Positions 29,553 through 39,758 of a stretch of 43,080 bases of DNA are shown here, one piece after another. The DNA is from Clostridia bacterium. GTDB lineage: Bacteria; Bacillota; Clostridia; Oscillospirales; CAG-272. The notes beneath the pieces were generated by a model, which saw nothing but the letters and a program-made list of their open reading frames with translations, did not search any database and was not told the DNA's origin. A program made the translations under genes and the position numbers. The DNA is taken from the NCBI GenBank assembly GCA_017558715.1, contig JAFYTT010000374.1:1-43080 (forward strand), in the 5' to 3' direction. Within the stretch, counting starts at the first letter, position 1, and every line of letters starts with the position of its first letter.

Positions 29553-29626
29553 ATTGTATTACTCCTGTGTTTTTCGCATAACGGAACCTCCCGCACTCCA
29601 TGCAGAGTCGAGAGTTCGCTGTTTAT

Positions 29627-29655
29627 ATTATATCTCATTCCTCTGCATTTTGCAA
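29627..29655 (-). promoter_or_regulatory. sigmaA promoter of glgB-C-D-A
   Basis: TTGCAA-17 bp-TATAAT. Confidence 0.65.
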
Positions 29656-29775
29656 GAGGGTTTTCACACTTCCGTGCACTTTTTTTCATAAAGTTCGGCT
29701 ATTTCTGTCAAATATCGCCATCCTTATTTGTATATGTTGCTGTACCCCATTTTTTCAACAGAAAGACAGACCACG

Positions 29776-29811
29776 AAAAAAACGCCCGCCCCGTGAAGGA
29801 CAGACGTTTTT
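29776..29811 (-). terminator. Intrinsic terminator of the GRE operon
   Basis: AAAACGTCTGTCC-ttcacg-GGGCGGGCGTTTTTTT. Confidence 0.75.
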
Positions 29812-29849
29812 CAGAAAAAGAACAGGATCCTGTATCGAAGAATACACCG

Positions 29850-32471
29850 TCAGCGGATGCCCGAAACCACAGGACAAAGTGTCCCGCCGGATAAAAGTCC
29901 GCCGATCTCGGCATAACCCTCAAGCAGATTGGCATACGAATTGTAAACGGTAATATCCAGACAATGCATACCGGCACACAGCTCCAGCACAAAATCATAC
30001 GGCTGTCGAATGCATTTTCCAACCTCGGTACCGTCAACAGCTGCCGTAACGGTATCACGAACCTCACCCAGCGACAGCAGATATCTGCCGTCCTGCGGAA
30101 TCGCAACCGTCATGTGATAGGTCACGCCGCCGGAATAGAACGGCTGACCTTGTTCGGACCATGATTCATCGGTTTTCAGCGCGGTATGACGTGCAGAAAG
30201 TGTAACCTCGGCACGGTCGGGAATCCACATACACAGATTATAGGTATGGCGTGCTGTCTTATGGAGAACATGTTCACCTGCCACAGAAACATCAAATTCA
30301 CCTGACAGGAACAAAAGACTGTCGGCGGTCAGCGGTGCTGTTTTCTCAATCATCAGAGTATACTTCCCCGGCTGCAGCACGGGCAGTGCAAACGCGCTGT
30401 ACGCATCGTCAAAAATCTGTACCGACTGTGCGGACAGTCTGATACCGTCCAGCGTCACCGCCGTAATTGTTTCAAGACAGAACGTCGGAATCATCACAGA
30501 AACGTCAGCCATCGCATCTGTTACAGTAAACGGAAATTCCAGCGACGGAACATCCTCATCCTTGGTCACAGCCGTACCATCGCAGACAAAATATTCCAGC
30601 GACACAGCATTCGGCGCATGGAAGGTAACGGGACATGTTTGCGGCAAAGATGCCACAGCATCGCCGAGGACAAAACGCGCAGGGATGTTGTCATAATGCG
30701 CCGATACATAACGGATGTCACCGGGATACAGCAGCAGAGATTCTTTTCGTCCGTACGCATACAGGGTGCCGCGAATCGGTTCGTTTTGTTCGATGTTGGC
30801 AATAAAAACAAATTCTTCGCCGTCGATGATGCGGCGCGCAAAATGCGGTGTTCCCTCACCGTCCCAGCGTACCGTACAGTCGGACAGCAAGTCGGGAATA
30901 CGGTCAAGCGCATCCGCACCGATGACCGTGATGCCGTTTGCCTCGATTGCGGCGCGTTCTTCCTCGGACAGTACGATTCCGGCTTCAATGGCAATGCGGA
31001 ATCCCAAATCTTCGTTTGCAAGGCGAACACGGTCACAGACGGTAAAGCCCCAGACCTCGCGGTTGAGTCGGTTAAATACATCAAAATACGGCGCGCCGTC
31101 AAAACGGTTCCGCCAGAGATCCTCGGTCGGATCGATCAGTGCAATGGGATACAAGGGCTTGCCCGATGCCATCATCGCACTCATTTCCGCCAGATGGTCG
31201 TTGAGTTCTCTCACTGCATGGGAAAGCATGGATTTCGGGGAGAAATCCGGCGGTGCAAAATACTTTGCTTCTCCAAAGAAACGGTGATGGTAGGCATGCG
31301 TCACAAGGAACGTAATGCCCTGCATGATCTGAAATGCGGCAATCCGTGCAAGCGTTCCAGGCTCAACCCCGAAGTTGGTTGCGGCAAACATTTCGCACAT
31401 CGTTTCCCGTTTGCCAAGCATAAATGCCGTCGCCGCCGCCTGCTTTGCGCGCATATCATGCGATACATCGGTGAAGTCCGTCATTTTCAGCGTCGTCTGC
31501 GGCAATCCCCAAACGACATTGGGAAGATAAAAACATTCCCCGCGCATATGCTTTCCGCCGTCCAGCGCATACAGCTCCTGGTCGGTTCCCGGATAATCAA
31601 AGTGCGAACCGACATCGGAAAAACGTCCTTCCGTAAATGCGGAACTGCGCGGCGCATCGTTATGAAGAAACGGTGAAGTATCTCCGGCATGACCGGTGAT
31701 CAGAAGACCGTGTTCATGTGCCCAGCGTTCCCCTGTTTCAAACCAACTCTGATAAAGATGACCCGCATGCTCCCAATAATCCTGTGCCTGCGGCAGATCC
31801 GGATATTGCAGAAGGTCCTTCAGATACGGTGTGATATCATAGCCGTATTTCTTTTCAAAGGAATTTGCAAAGTCATCCGACCATGGGAAATAATTGCGTT
31901 TGTAGTTTTCAAAGCCGTACATCGCGCCGGCATCGACACGGCGGTTGTCGGTATCGGAGAAAAAGCCGACGATCGGATCACCGAAATAGTCCCCGACCTC
32001 GCGCAGATACGCCTCATAGACCAGCTCACGGAACAGTTCGGCAGAACGCGGATGCTCAAACGCAGGGAATCCCCATTCCACCTTTTCCGCGATAACCTGT
32101 CCGTCCTTGAGGATCAGATGCTGTCCGTACAGCGTGGGATCAATTGCACGAACCTTTCCCGCAACACTTCCGGGCGGGAAATCAAAGCCGTTGTTGATCC
32201 ACATTTCAAGAGACAAATCCCGGCAAGCCTTTGCCGCAGCACGCACCATGTCAAACCACGCATCCGTCAGATAGTTCTCCGACGTAAATCCGCGCGGCGG
32301 CTTGTTGAACAGAACAATCCCGCCAAAGCCTTCTTCCTTCAAAGCCGACAGAGCTTCATGCATCGCCGCCTCCGACAGTGCCTCGGGATCGGTTGTTGTA
32401 ATGAAATAAAACGGTTTTGGCCGATGTGCGAACACATCAGCCTCACCGATCGGATATCGATTCATACGCAT
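29850..32471 (-). CDS. GH106/alpha-L-rhamnosidase-like large glycosidase homolog
   Basis: PKPFYF, GFGG, YL...WF, YEAY, DYPG.D, CEMF, C-terminal SWSEQGQPFYSG...LDITVYN beta-sandwich; no signal peptide; start 32471 or 32465. Confidence 0.6.
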   Translation of the reverse strand: MRMNRYPIGEADVFAHRPKPFYFITTTDPEALSEAAMHEALSALKEEGFGGIVLFNKPPRGFTSENYLTDAWFDMVRAAAKACRDLSLEMWINNGFDFPPGSVAGKVRAIDPTLYGQHLILKDGQVIAEKVEWGFPAFEHPRSAELFRELVYEAYLREVGDYFGDPIVGFFSDTDNRRVDAGAMYGFENYKRNYFPWSDDFANSFEKKYGYDITPYLKDLLQYPDLPQAQDYWEHAGHLYQSWFETGERWAHEHGLLITGHAGDTSPFLHNDAPRSSAFTEGRFSDVGSHFDYPGTDQELYALDGGKHMRGECFYLPNVVWGLPQTTLKMTDFTDVSHDMRAKQAAATAFMLGKRETMCEMFAATNFGVEPGTLARIAAFQIMQGITFLVTHAYHHRFFGEAKYFAPPDFSPKSMLSHAVRELNDHLAEMSAMMASGKPLYPIALIDPTEDLWRNRFDGAPYFDVFNRLNREVWGFTVCDRVRLANEDLGFRIAIEAGIVLSEEERAAIEANGITVIGADALDRIPDLLSDCTVRWDGEGTPHFARRIIDGEEFVFIANIEQNEPIRGTLYAYGRKESLLLYPGDIRYVSAHYDNIPARFVLGDAVASLPQTCPVTFHAPNAVSLEYFVCDGTAVTKDEDVPSLEFPFTVTDAMADVSVMIPTFCLETITAVTLDGIRLSAQSVQIFDDAYSAFALPVLQPGKYTLMIEKTAPLTADSLLFLSGEFDVSVAGEHVLHKTARHTYNLCMWIPDRAEVTLSARHTALKTDESWSEQGQPFYSGGVTYHMTVAIPQDGRYLLSLGEVRDTVTAAVDGTEVGKCIRQPYDFVLELCAGMHCLDITVYNSYANLLEGYAEIGGLLSGGTLCPVVSGIR

Positions 32472-32481
32472 CAAACCTGCA

Positions 32482-33969
32482 TCAATAGTCGCTCGACATA
32501 TAGAAGTCCAGCGTTTCCTGCATTGCCTTCTCACAAGATTTTTTCTTAGAATCCCAGACCGTCGAGAAAGACTTACCGCTGGTTGCCATAACATCCAGCT
32601 GCGACTTGATGGAACCCCAGTTGAAGACGAAGCCAAGGTCATAACGCTTGGTGGAGAAGATGATATCGAGCATATCGCCGGATTCGTTGTCACGCGCCAT
32701 CTTGGTGTAGAGGTTGAGGTCGTAATACGCCTTTGTGACGGTATCGCGGGATTCGTATGCCAGAGCTTCGAGCAGATGGCAGGTCATATCAAGCTTCGCA
32801 ACATTGGTCGTCGGGACGCAGATACCGGGAGCCACGTGCGTTGCAATCAGATGGTAGTAGTCCTCCTGGTTTTCGTCATACAGCGGATACGGCAGGATAC
32901 CGAAGTCGTGCTCCATGTTGCGGTAATAAACGATATCGTAAATGGAACCGGGACGGAACAGATTGCGGTTTTCCATGAAGACCTTGTCAAGCGTCGTCCA
33001 GGTTTCGGAGCACTTGGATGCCCACAGCATATTATCGGTATCGTTGAAGTATTCAACCAGATACTCGCAAACATCAAAGGTACGCTGAGATTCCACGGAG
33101 AAGTACGGAACGCCTTCATCATCCAGCGTAACGAGGTTGTTGCCGCAGGTGAAGTAAAACAGGAATGCCATACCGCCGTCGGAGAGGATGCCGAACTGGT
33201 CGTTCTCGTCGCGGACACCGTCACCGTTGAGGTCACGCGCGACCTGCTTGCCGAGGGCCTGCATCTGATCCATCGTCCACTTCTTATCGCGTGCCATCTG
33301 GTATACGTCCGGAACATCAAAGTCGTTTGCAACCTTCTTGTTGAAATAGACGCAGTAGTTCAGTTCTTCGTCGTACACAGAGATGTCACCGGTCATGACA
33401 TAGATCTTATTGAACATTGCAAGGTCACGCTGGATCGCCTGATCCCACCACGGTGCATCCATCTTGATGGACGGCAGGTCATACCAGTTCATGAACATGC
33501 CTTCCATTGCCATGGACATGGCATTGTTGATGTACAGCTCCATGACATCAAAGTCGTCGGAGCCTGTGGTAATCGAGTTGCGGGCAGTCGTCGCAGGAGC
33601 CTTGTCGTTGGTGACTTCAATGGTACAGTTATAGCGTTCTTCAATGAGCATATTGCGCGCATGAATCGCATCCGCGATCAGATCACCCGCAGATGCTTCG
33701 TCATAGTAGAAGTCATACTGATGGATACAGTCAACGCCGAGCTCATAGCCGAGGATGCGCAGCTTCTCACCGCCGAAATCTGCCTCGGGCAGATCGAGTG
33801 CGGGACGGTCATCGGTTACGGCTTCTGTGACAATCGCGGCAGTGTCCTCACCGCCGACAGCTGCGGTGGTTTCAGCAGGCTGTGTACCGCCGTCGCCGCC
33901 GCAGGATGCAGCAGTCCCCATGACGGTGCAGAGCAGTAAAAATGCGGGAAGTAATCTCTTGATAGTCAT
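32482..33969 (-). CDS. Extracellular solute-binding lipoprotein (ABC family 1, sugar-type)
   Basis: Lipobox AAS-C, T/A-rich linker, PWWD, YFNK, WTMD, DLNGDG, FGILPYP, LEALA; GGAGG RBS. Confidence 0.85.
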   Translation of the reverse strand: MTIKRLLPAFLLLCTVMGTAASCGGDGGTQPAETTAAVGGEDTAAIVTEAVTDDRPALDLPEADFGGEKLRILGYELGVDCIHQYDFYYDEASAGDLIADAIHARNMLIEERYNCTIEVTNDKAPATTARNSITTGSDDFDVMELYINNAMSMAMEGMFMNWYDLPSIKMDAPWWDQAIQRDLAMFNKIYVMTGDISVYDEELNYCVYFNKKVANDFDVPDVYQMARDKKWTMDQMQALGKQVARDLNGDGVRDENDQFGILSDGGMAFLFYFTCGNNLVTLDDEGVPYFSVESQRTFDVCEYLVEYFNDTDNMLWASKCSETWTTLDKVFMENRNLFRPGSIYDIVYYRNMEHDFGILPYPLYDENQEDYYHLIATHVAPGICVPTTNVAKLDMTCHLLEALAYESRDTVTKAYYDLNLYTKMARDNESGDMLDIIFSTKRYDLGFVFNWGSIKSQLDVMATSGKSFSTVWDSKKKSCEKAMQETLDFYMSSDY

Positions 33970-34008
33970 TTTCTAATCCTCCGTATATCACGTATTATTT
34001 TTTCTGAA

Positions 34009-36159
34009 TCAGTAATGCTCGGTACGCGCAAGAATGTCATCCTGCACAGAACGGTCGAGCTTGGTATAGTACGCCGAGAAGCCGGAAACGCGGACAACCA
34101 GAGATTCGTAATCCCCTGGATGCGCCTGTGCATCACGCAGCATATCCTTGGAAACGCAGTTGATCTGCAGCTCCTGTCCGCCCATCAAGAAATACGAGCG
34201 GATGACGGCACCGAGCTTGGCACGCTTTTCGGCATTGGCGAACATATCGGGCGTGTACTTCTGGTTGACAACGGTACCGCAGGCAACGCGGGTGTAGTCA
34301 GGCTTGCACAGCGACAGTGCCGATGCCGTGGGACCGGAGCGATCCATGCCGCGCATCGGGGATGCCGCATCAGAGACCGGCATACCGGCACCGCGTCCGT
34401 CGGGTGTTGCACCGACCTCGCGCCCTGCACCGATGTTCTGCGTGTTGGAAGCAATCGCAATATAATATCTGCCGCCGTCGGGTGTTCTGTAGGAGTCGAA
34501 CAGGTCTGCCTGCGCCTCGACAAACCAAATGGCGTACTTGTCGGCAATGTCGTCGTTGTTGCCGTACTTGGGTGCGGCAATCATCTGCTTCTGCAGTTCC
34601 TCATATCCTGCAAAATTCGCCGCAAGTGCATCACGCAGTTCACCGAGTGTGAGCACCTTGTCGCGGTAGACCAGCGTTTCGATCGCCGCAAGGGAATCCG
34701 CGACCGTGGCAATGCCCATACCGCAGGCACCGTGTGCCGTCGGATACTTTGCGCCGCCGCGGTTGATATCCTTACCGTTTGCAATACAGTCATCGCAGAA
34801 GCAGGATAAGAACGGCGACTGATGGTTGATCGTATCCGCAACCGTATTGGCGCGGTTAAACCAGTCCACATAATTTTTTGCACCCACACGCAGCTGCTCC
34901 ATGAACGCATCCATAAAGTCATCCATCGTCGCAAACGAATCGGGTTCTCCCGTTTCGATGCCGCGCTTCACACCGTCCAGCAGAGAACAGCCGTTGTTGA
35001 GCGCGTATTCCAGATACACAGGCGTGTTGAAGCGACCGTCAGACCACGGCGGCTGTTTGCCCTGGATAAAGTTCTCGATACAGCCGACCATACAGTAGTC
35101 GCGGCAGTCCTCAAGAGAATATCCCATTCGCTGCAGTGCCGGAATGTTGACGTCGTCATTCATCAGTGCAGGATATCCAAGACCCGTACCGATGACCTCA
35201 AGACAGGCATCGAGAAACTCCTTCGGCGTATCCTTGTGAATTCTTGCGGACAGATTCGGACCGGGAATAAAGCAGGCACGAACTGCGCGGAGAATACAGT
35301 AGGACAGCGCATTGGTCGCGTCGGTTCCGTCCTCGGGTTTGACACCGCCGATGGCAATGTTGGAGACATCATCACCGCCGCCAAGCGTTCTGCGTTCGCC
35401 GATCTTGATGAAAATGGATGCAAAATCGTCCGTAACCGATTCCTCGGTGACAATGCCGGAGGCAAGATCACGTTCATAAAACGGATAGAGGTACTGATCG
35501 AGCCGTCCGAACGCCATGGCATATCTGCCCTCATAGGCAAATGCGATATAGGTAAACCAGACAAGCTGCAGCGCATCGGCAAACGACTGCGGTGCCTCTG
35601 TTGTGATGCGACGGCATCTTGCCGCAATTTCCGCAAAACGAAGCTTGTCATCGCCCTCCGCTGCATCTGCCATGCGATCCGCCTCGTCTGCATAACCGAG
35701 AATCATCCCGGCAAACCCTTCCATGGCAATTTTTGTACTGCGCAGAAATGCGGTCTTCTCCGCATCGTCGGCATAACGGATAAGGGATGCGTCGATGTCT
35801 TCCAGCGTTCCGGGAATACCGCGATTCAGAAAATGTGAATAATTTGCCGCATAATGGTCAGAATTGGTATGGAAGCCGCGTTCCGGATACTGTGCACAGA
35901 TCTGTCCTGCCGCGGATGCCGCTTCCTCGGAAACATCTGCAAGCATACCGCGCAGAGAACCCGCGAAGCGATCGTTCTGATACAATACCTTTCTATGGGA
36001 AGTAAACAGCGAATGAATGGCATACGCACGGGCGATGACGTTTTCCTCGTCGGCATGCTGTGCATACCCCTGCGCCCGATACACAGCGGCGGCATACCGT
36101 CCCGATACCGGCATTTGTACTTCTGCCTTCAGTGCTGTAAGATCAAACTGCATTTGCAT
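34009..36159 (-). CDS. Glycyl radical enzyme (PFL2/PflD-like superfamily), substrate unknown
   Basis: FGRLDQYL, single-Cys loop MVGCIE, APKYGN, ATPDGR, C-terminal LVVRVSGFSAY glycyl motif. Confidence 0.9.
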   Translation of the reverse strand: MQMQFDLTALKAEVQMPVSGRYAAAVYRAQGYAQHADEENVIARAYAIHSLFTSHRKVLYQNDRFAGSLRGMLADVSEEAASAAGQICAQYPERGFHTNSDHYAANYSHFLNRGIPGTLEDIDASLIRYADDAEKTAFLRSTKIAMEGFAGMILGYADEADRMADAAEGDDKLRFAEIAARCRRITTEAPQSFADALQLVWFTYIAFAYEGRYAMAFGRLDQYLYPFYERDLASGIVTEESVTDDFASIFIKIGERRTLGGGDDVSNIAIGGVKPEDGTDATNALSYCILRAVRACFIPGPNLSARIHKDTPKEFLDACLEVIGTGLGYPALMNDDVNIPALQRMGYSLEDCRDYCMVGCIENFIQGKQPPWSDGRFNTPVYLEYALNNGCSLLDGVKRGIETGEPDSFATMDDFMDAFMEQLRVGAKNYVDWFNRANTVADTINHQSPFLSCFCDDCIANGKDINRGGAKYPTAHGACGMGIATVADSLAAIETLVYRDKVLTLGELRDALAANFAGYEELQKQMIAAPKYGNNDDIADKYAIWFVEAQADLFDSYRTPDGGRYYIAIASNTQNIGAGREVGATPDGRGAGMPVSDAASPMRGMDRSGPTASALSLCKPDYTRVACGTVVNQKYTPDMFANAEKRAKLGAVIRSYFLMGGQELQINCVSKDMLRDAQAHPGDYESLVVRVSGFSAYYTKLDRSVQDDILARTEHY

Positions 36160-36203
36160 GATACCCCTCCTTTATCAGAGAACATCCTATAGTTAATAAA
36201 AGT

Positions 36204-36232
36204 AGTATATCATATTCCGCGAAACTTGTCCA
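36204..36232 (-). promoter_or_regulatory. sigmaA-type promoter of the GRE operon
   Basis: TGGACA-17 bp-TATACT with TG. Confidence 0.65.
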
Positions 36233-36346
36233 TACGATTTCACAAAATAATTCCGATTTTTTTGATCCGTCGGCGCAAAACGGTACATCCGCCGCGGCTT
36301 CTGCCGGATCTCCTCTATACATAATCTCGGAAAGGAAATCACCGAT

Positions 36347-38860
36347 ATGTCAGAAACCAAGCTGTCCAAAACCGTGCTCCCCATTCTGCTTGCGGGAGGA
36401 GAAGGAACCCGTCTGCGACCGATCACCGCCGCTCTGCCCAAGCCCCTGATCCCCGTCGACGGCATCCCCGCCATCTGTCGGATTCTCGACACTCTCTCCG
36501 CACACGGTGTCAAGCGCGCTGTCATCACAGTCCGATATCGCGCCGACGATATCATCGACCGTCTGGGTGAGGAATACGCCGGCATCCGTCTATACTACGC
36601 AAACGAAGCAGATGCCCCGCGCGGAACAGCCGGAGGCGTACGGGATGCGTGGGATCTGTATGCCGATGCCGATGACACCGATGCACTCATCATCAGCGGA
36701 GATGCGGTATTCACCTGCGATCTTGCCGCGTTTGCCGCCTATCACAAAGCAAAAGATGCCGATGCATCGCTTTTGTGTGTTTCCGTTTCCGATCCGGGCG
36801 CGTTCGGCATTGTCAATTCCGACGACGACGGTAAAATCACAGCGTTCACGGAAAAACCGTGTGCGGCGGAAACGCTGTCCGATACCGTCAACACGGGTAT
36901 TTACTGTCTGAGCCGCACCTTTCTCGAAACCATTCCCAAGAACGGTGCGCCGGATTTCGGGCAGGATGTATTTCCGTCTGCGCTGCGGGCGGGACGTTCT
37001 CTGTATGCCTTTGAAAGCGCCGATTATTGGTGTGATATCGGGTCGTTTTCCTCCTATCTTGCCTGCTCGCTTGCCGTCAGTGCCGGAAAAATCCCGAACA
37101 TGATCACGCCGCGCACACATCCGCAACTCCCGCCGCATATCTCGGACTGCTCGGTCGGGCGGGACTGTTTTATTCCGTCGACATCGTCTGTGCGCGGCAG
37201 TATTCTGTTCGATCGTGTAATTCTCGGCGCCGGGGCATCGGTATCCGGCTCAATTCTCTGTGAAGATGTCCGCATTGGGGACGGAACCGTGGTAGAACCG
37301 GGATGCGTCATCGGTCACGGCTGTCATATCGGTGATCGACTGCATCTGCCGCGCGGAACACGTCTGGAACCGGGAAACATTCTGCTCCGCGACCCGCAGT
37401 CACCGCATAGCACCCTCCCCGATAACTATGCGGTACGCGATGCGTTTGACGGGGGCGCACTGCTGTCCCCATATCTGTCCGACATCGGATATGCCCTATC
37501 CCGCTCTTCACAGCCGGAGCCGGAAACTGCCGTCGCCTTTGCCCGTGCCCTTGCCGCCTATGCCGCAAACCGCCGCTGTTCCCTCTTTCTCTGCCGTGCC
37601 GAGGACACGCCTTCTCTGCACAGTCTGCTCGGGCTGATCACAGAAACACTTGCATGCATGACAGCGATTCCCGCTGCGATCTTCTGCGCCGATGATGACA
37701 TTCTCCCGCTGTCCGCCGCGCGGATGCCCCTCCTGCCACTGCCGGATCAGTCCGCCAAAACACCGCTTTTGCGTATCGTTCTTCTGCGCCGCGGAAATAT
37801 TCCCTGTGCCGCCATCTTTGATGCGTACGGACTGTATCCGACACGCAAGGAGGAACGGATACTGGATACCTGCTTCTCTGATGCCTTGTCAGCACCGTAT
37901 CATTCACATCTTCCGGCTCCCCATTCCGTCACAATCGCGACACAGGAAATCTGTCGGATTCGCACAGAGCATCTGATCACCGCTTATCTTACACGATATG
38001 CCATCGGGACACTGCAAACCATCGACGGAACACCGTTTTCCTTTTCCTGCGGAGGAACGCCTGCCGAGCGGCTTTTATCCCGACTTCTTTGCGCCATGGG
38101 CGGGGAGGAATCCGTCTCCGCACCGATTCATTTTTCCGTGCGGGAACCGCGGGAAGACTGCGGAGATATCCTGTGTCCGCTGTCCGTCACCGATCTCGGA
38201 CAGATCAGTATGCGCGGACAGCCTGTCGGATATTCCCATTGGGAACTTCTTGCCCGGCTGACCGTCCGATACCGCGATGCACATCCGACAGCCTGTTTTC
38301 CCACACCGAGAACCCCTGACCCCTCCCACGATCGTCAGCCGCTGTCCGTCCCCGTCTGTGCCCCGCTGGATCTTGCCGCCGAATACCGTTATTCCCATGC
38401 ACCTGCCCTTTCGGAGCATGTGAAGGATGACAATGATGCGCATCTCGCCCGTCGGTATGCGGCAATGGAGGCCGAAGACGCCGTTCTTCTGGCACGCGAT
38501 ATCGCCCTGATGTCGGTGTCTGACTTGCAAGCCGCCATCCGATCGGAGGACAACGTATGCCATCCGCTCTGTCGGTATCATGGGTTTGCGGTATCCGCAT
38601 CGGATCCGTCCCATCCCCTGACGCTGACGGCGAATCTGTCCCGATTGACAAGAGGTGACCCTTCCGTGCGTTTCCGGCCTGCGATTGAGGGAGTTGTTCA
38701 TCAGAGCGATCGGGGTTCGGTGCGCATTGTCGCCACAAGAGACCGCAATTTCCGTATCATTGCCGATGCCCATTCAACAGAAGCGGCGGAAGAACTGTTC
38801 CGTTTTGCCAAAGACCGCCTTCTGTGTACAATTCACTCCGCCTCCGCACCAAAGGCATAA
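36347..38860 (+). CDS. Sugar-phosphate nucleotidyltransferase (mannose-1-P guanylyltransferase-like) + LbH + degenerate phosphomannomutase-like C-terminus
   Basis: LAGGEGTRLRPIT..PKPL, GTAGG, ISGD, FTEKP, NTGIY, DFG.D, YWCDIG; hexapeptide repeats; C-terminal EGV...RIIADAHS.EAAEEL resembles PGM/PMM domain IV. Confidence 0.8.
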   Translation: MSETKLSKTVLPILLAGGEGTRLRPITAALPKPLIPVDGIPAICRILDTLSAHGVKRAVITVRYRADDIIDRLGEEYAGIRLYYANEADAPRGTAGGVRDAWDLYADADDTDALIISGDAVFTCDLAAFAAYHKAKDADASLLCVSVSDPGAFGIVNSDDDGKITAFTEKPCAAETLSDTVNTGIYCLSRTFLETIPKNGAPDFGQDVFPSALRAGRSLYAFESADYWCDIGSFSSYLACSLAVSAGKIPNMITPRTHPQLPPHISDCSVGRDCFIPSTSSVRGSILFDRVILGAGASVSGSILCEDVRIGDGTVVEPGCVIGHGCHIGDRLHLPRGTRLEPGNILLRDPQSPHSTLPDNYAVRDAFDGGALLSPYLSDIGYALSRSSQPEPETAVAFARALAAYAANRRCSLFLCRAEDTPSLHSLLGLITETLACMTAIPAAIFCADDDILPLSAARMPLLPLPDQSAKTPLLRIVLLRRGNIPCAAIFDAYGLYPTRKEERILDTCFSDALSAPYHSHLPAPHSVTIATQEICRIRTEHLITAYLTRYAIGTLQTIDGTPFSFSCGGTPAERLLSRLLCAMGGEESVSAPIHFSVREPREDCGDILCPLSVTDLGQISMRGQPVGYSHWELLARLTVRYRDAHPTACFPTPRTPDPSHDRQPLSVPVCAPLDLAAEYRYSHAPALSEHVKDDNDAHLARRYAAMEAEDAVLLARDIALMSVSDLQAAIRSEDNVCHPLCRYHGFAVSASDPSHPLTLTANLSRLTRGDPSVRFRPAIEGVVHQSDRGSVRIVATRDRNFRIIADAHSTEAAEELFRFAKDRLLCTIHSASAPKA

Positions 38861-38864
38861 AAGA

Positions 38865-38906
38865 GCCGACCGAGGTTGATTCCGTGCGAATCTTCCGTCG
38901 GTCGGT
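38865..38906. terminator. Probable bidirectional terminator
   Basis: GCCGACCGA..GATTC-loop-GAATC..TCGGTCGGT between convergent genes. Confidence 0.55.
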
Positions 38907-38912
38907 TGTCCT

Positions 38913-39581
38913 TTATTCGATTGTCTCCGTAATATCGCGGAAATCGGCTTCATATTTGCCGTCGGGAGAACGCTTGGGAGCATCGCTGCCGAACAGACGA
39001 AGCGTCACCTTCAGTGCATGCGAGGTCCAGAACGCGCCGACACCGTTGCCAAGAATCAGGCCCCCAACCACACGCAGCGTCAGCTCTAAAGCGTCAAACG
39101 GATATAAAAGCAGAAGGATTCCGCAGAGCAGTGTCACCGCGCCGATGATGCATGCGGTATAAAAACGATGCTTCTGTCTGCCGATTGCCGCCGCCTGCCG
39201 TTTGTTTGCGGCAGTATTGCGTACGGTCCGATGCATCGCCGCGGCACAGCGGATACGGTCAATACCATCCAAAAGGAAAAAGACACCTGCCGCAAACGGA
39301 AGCAGCGAAAATACATTTTCCGGCTGACGGATGATATAAATACCAAGCAGAATTGCCGCGACACCGCCAAGCAATGCTCCGATTCTGGTAAACCCGGCTG
39401 AGCGCAGTGCCGTGAACAGCTTCCATGCACCGTATGCAATACACAGAATCCCCAGCAGCAATGACAGCGTTCCGATCACCCATCCGGGAAAAAGCAAAAA
39501 CAAAAGTCCGATCAGCACACAGCATAAAAGATAGCCGACAGATGCGTTTTGCTTGACCGCTTCCTCCTTTTGATTGCGCAT
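38913..39581 (-). CDS. DUF308/HdeD-like membrane protein
   Basis: About 6 TM helices with repeated G.....P patterns; AAGGAGG RBS. Confidence 0.75.
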   Translation of the reverse strand: MRNQKEEAVKQNASVGYLLCCVLIGLLFLLFPGWVIGTLSLLLGILCIAYGAWKLFTALRSAGFTRIGALLGGVAAILLGIYIIRQPENVFSLLPFAAGVFFLLDGIDRIRCAAAMHRTVRNTAANKRQAAAIGRQKHRFYTACIIGAVTLLCGILLLLYPFDALELTLRVVGGLILGNGVGAFWTSHALKVTLRLFGSDAPKRSPDGKYEADFRDITETIE

Positions 39582-39690
39582 AATGTGCCCTCCTTTTTTC
39601 CGCTTCCTTCGTATATCTTATATTATACGCAAAAAATGTGAGCGAATCAGCGATACTTCGTGACTATTTTTTGAATTTGTTGTAAACTTG

Positions 39691-39719
39691 TTGACTTTTG
39701 CACCAAATCACTTTATAAT
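39691..39719 (+). promoter_or_regulatory. sigmaA promoter of the amidase
   Basis: TTGACT-17 bp-TATAAT. Confidence 0.7.
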
Positions 39720-39758
39720 AAGTGCAGAGACGATAAAAAAGTTACGGAGGAAAACCTT

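Noticed and set aside
34009-36159. Calling the GRE pyruvate formate-lyase (pflB)
   Set aside because: It has a single-Cys GCIE loop rather than the adjacent Cys-Cys of PFL, and no pflA nearby
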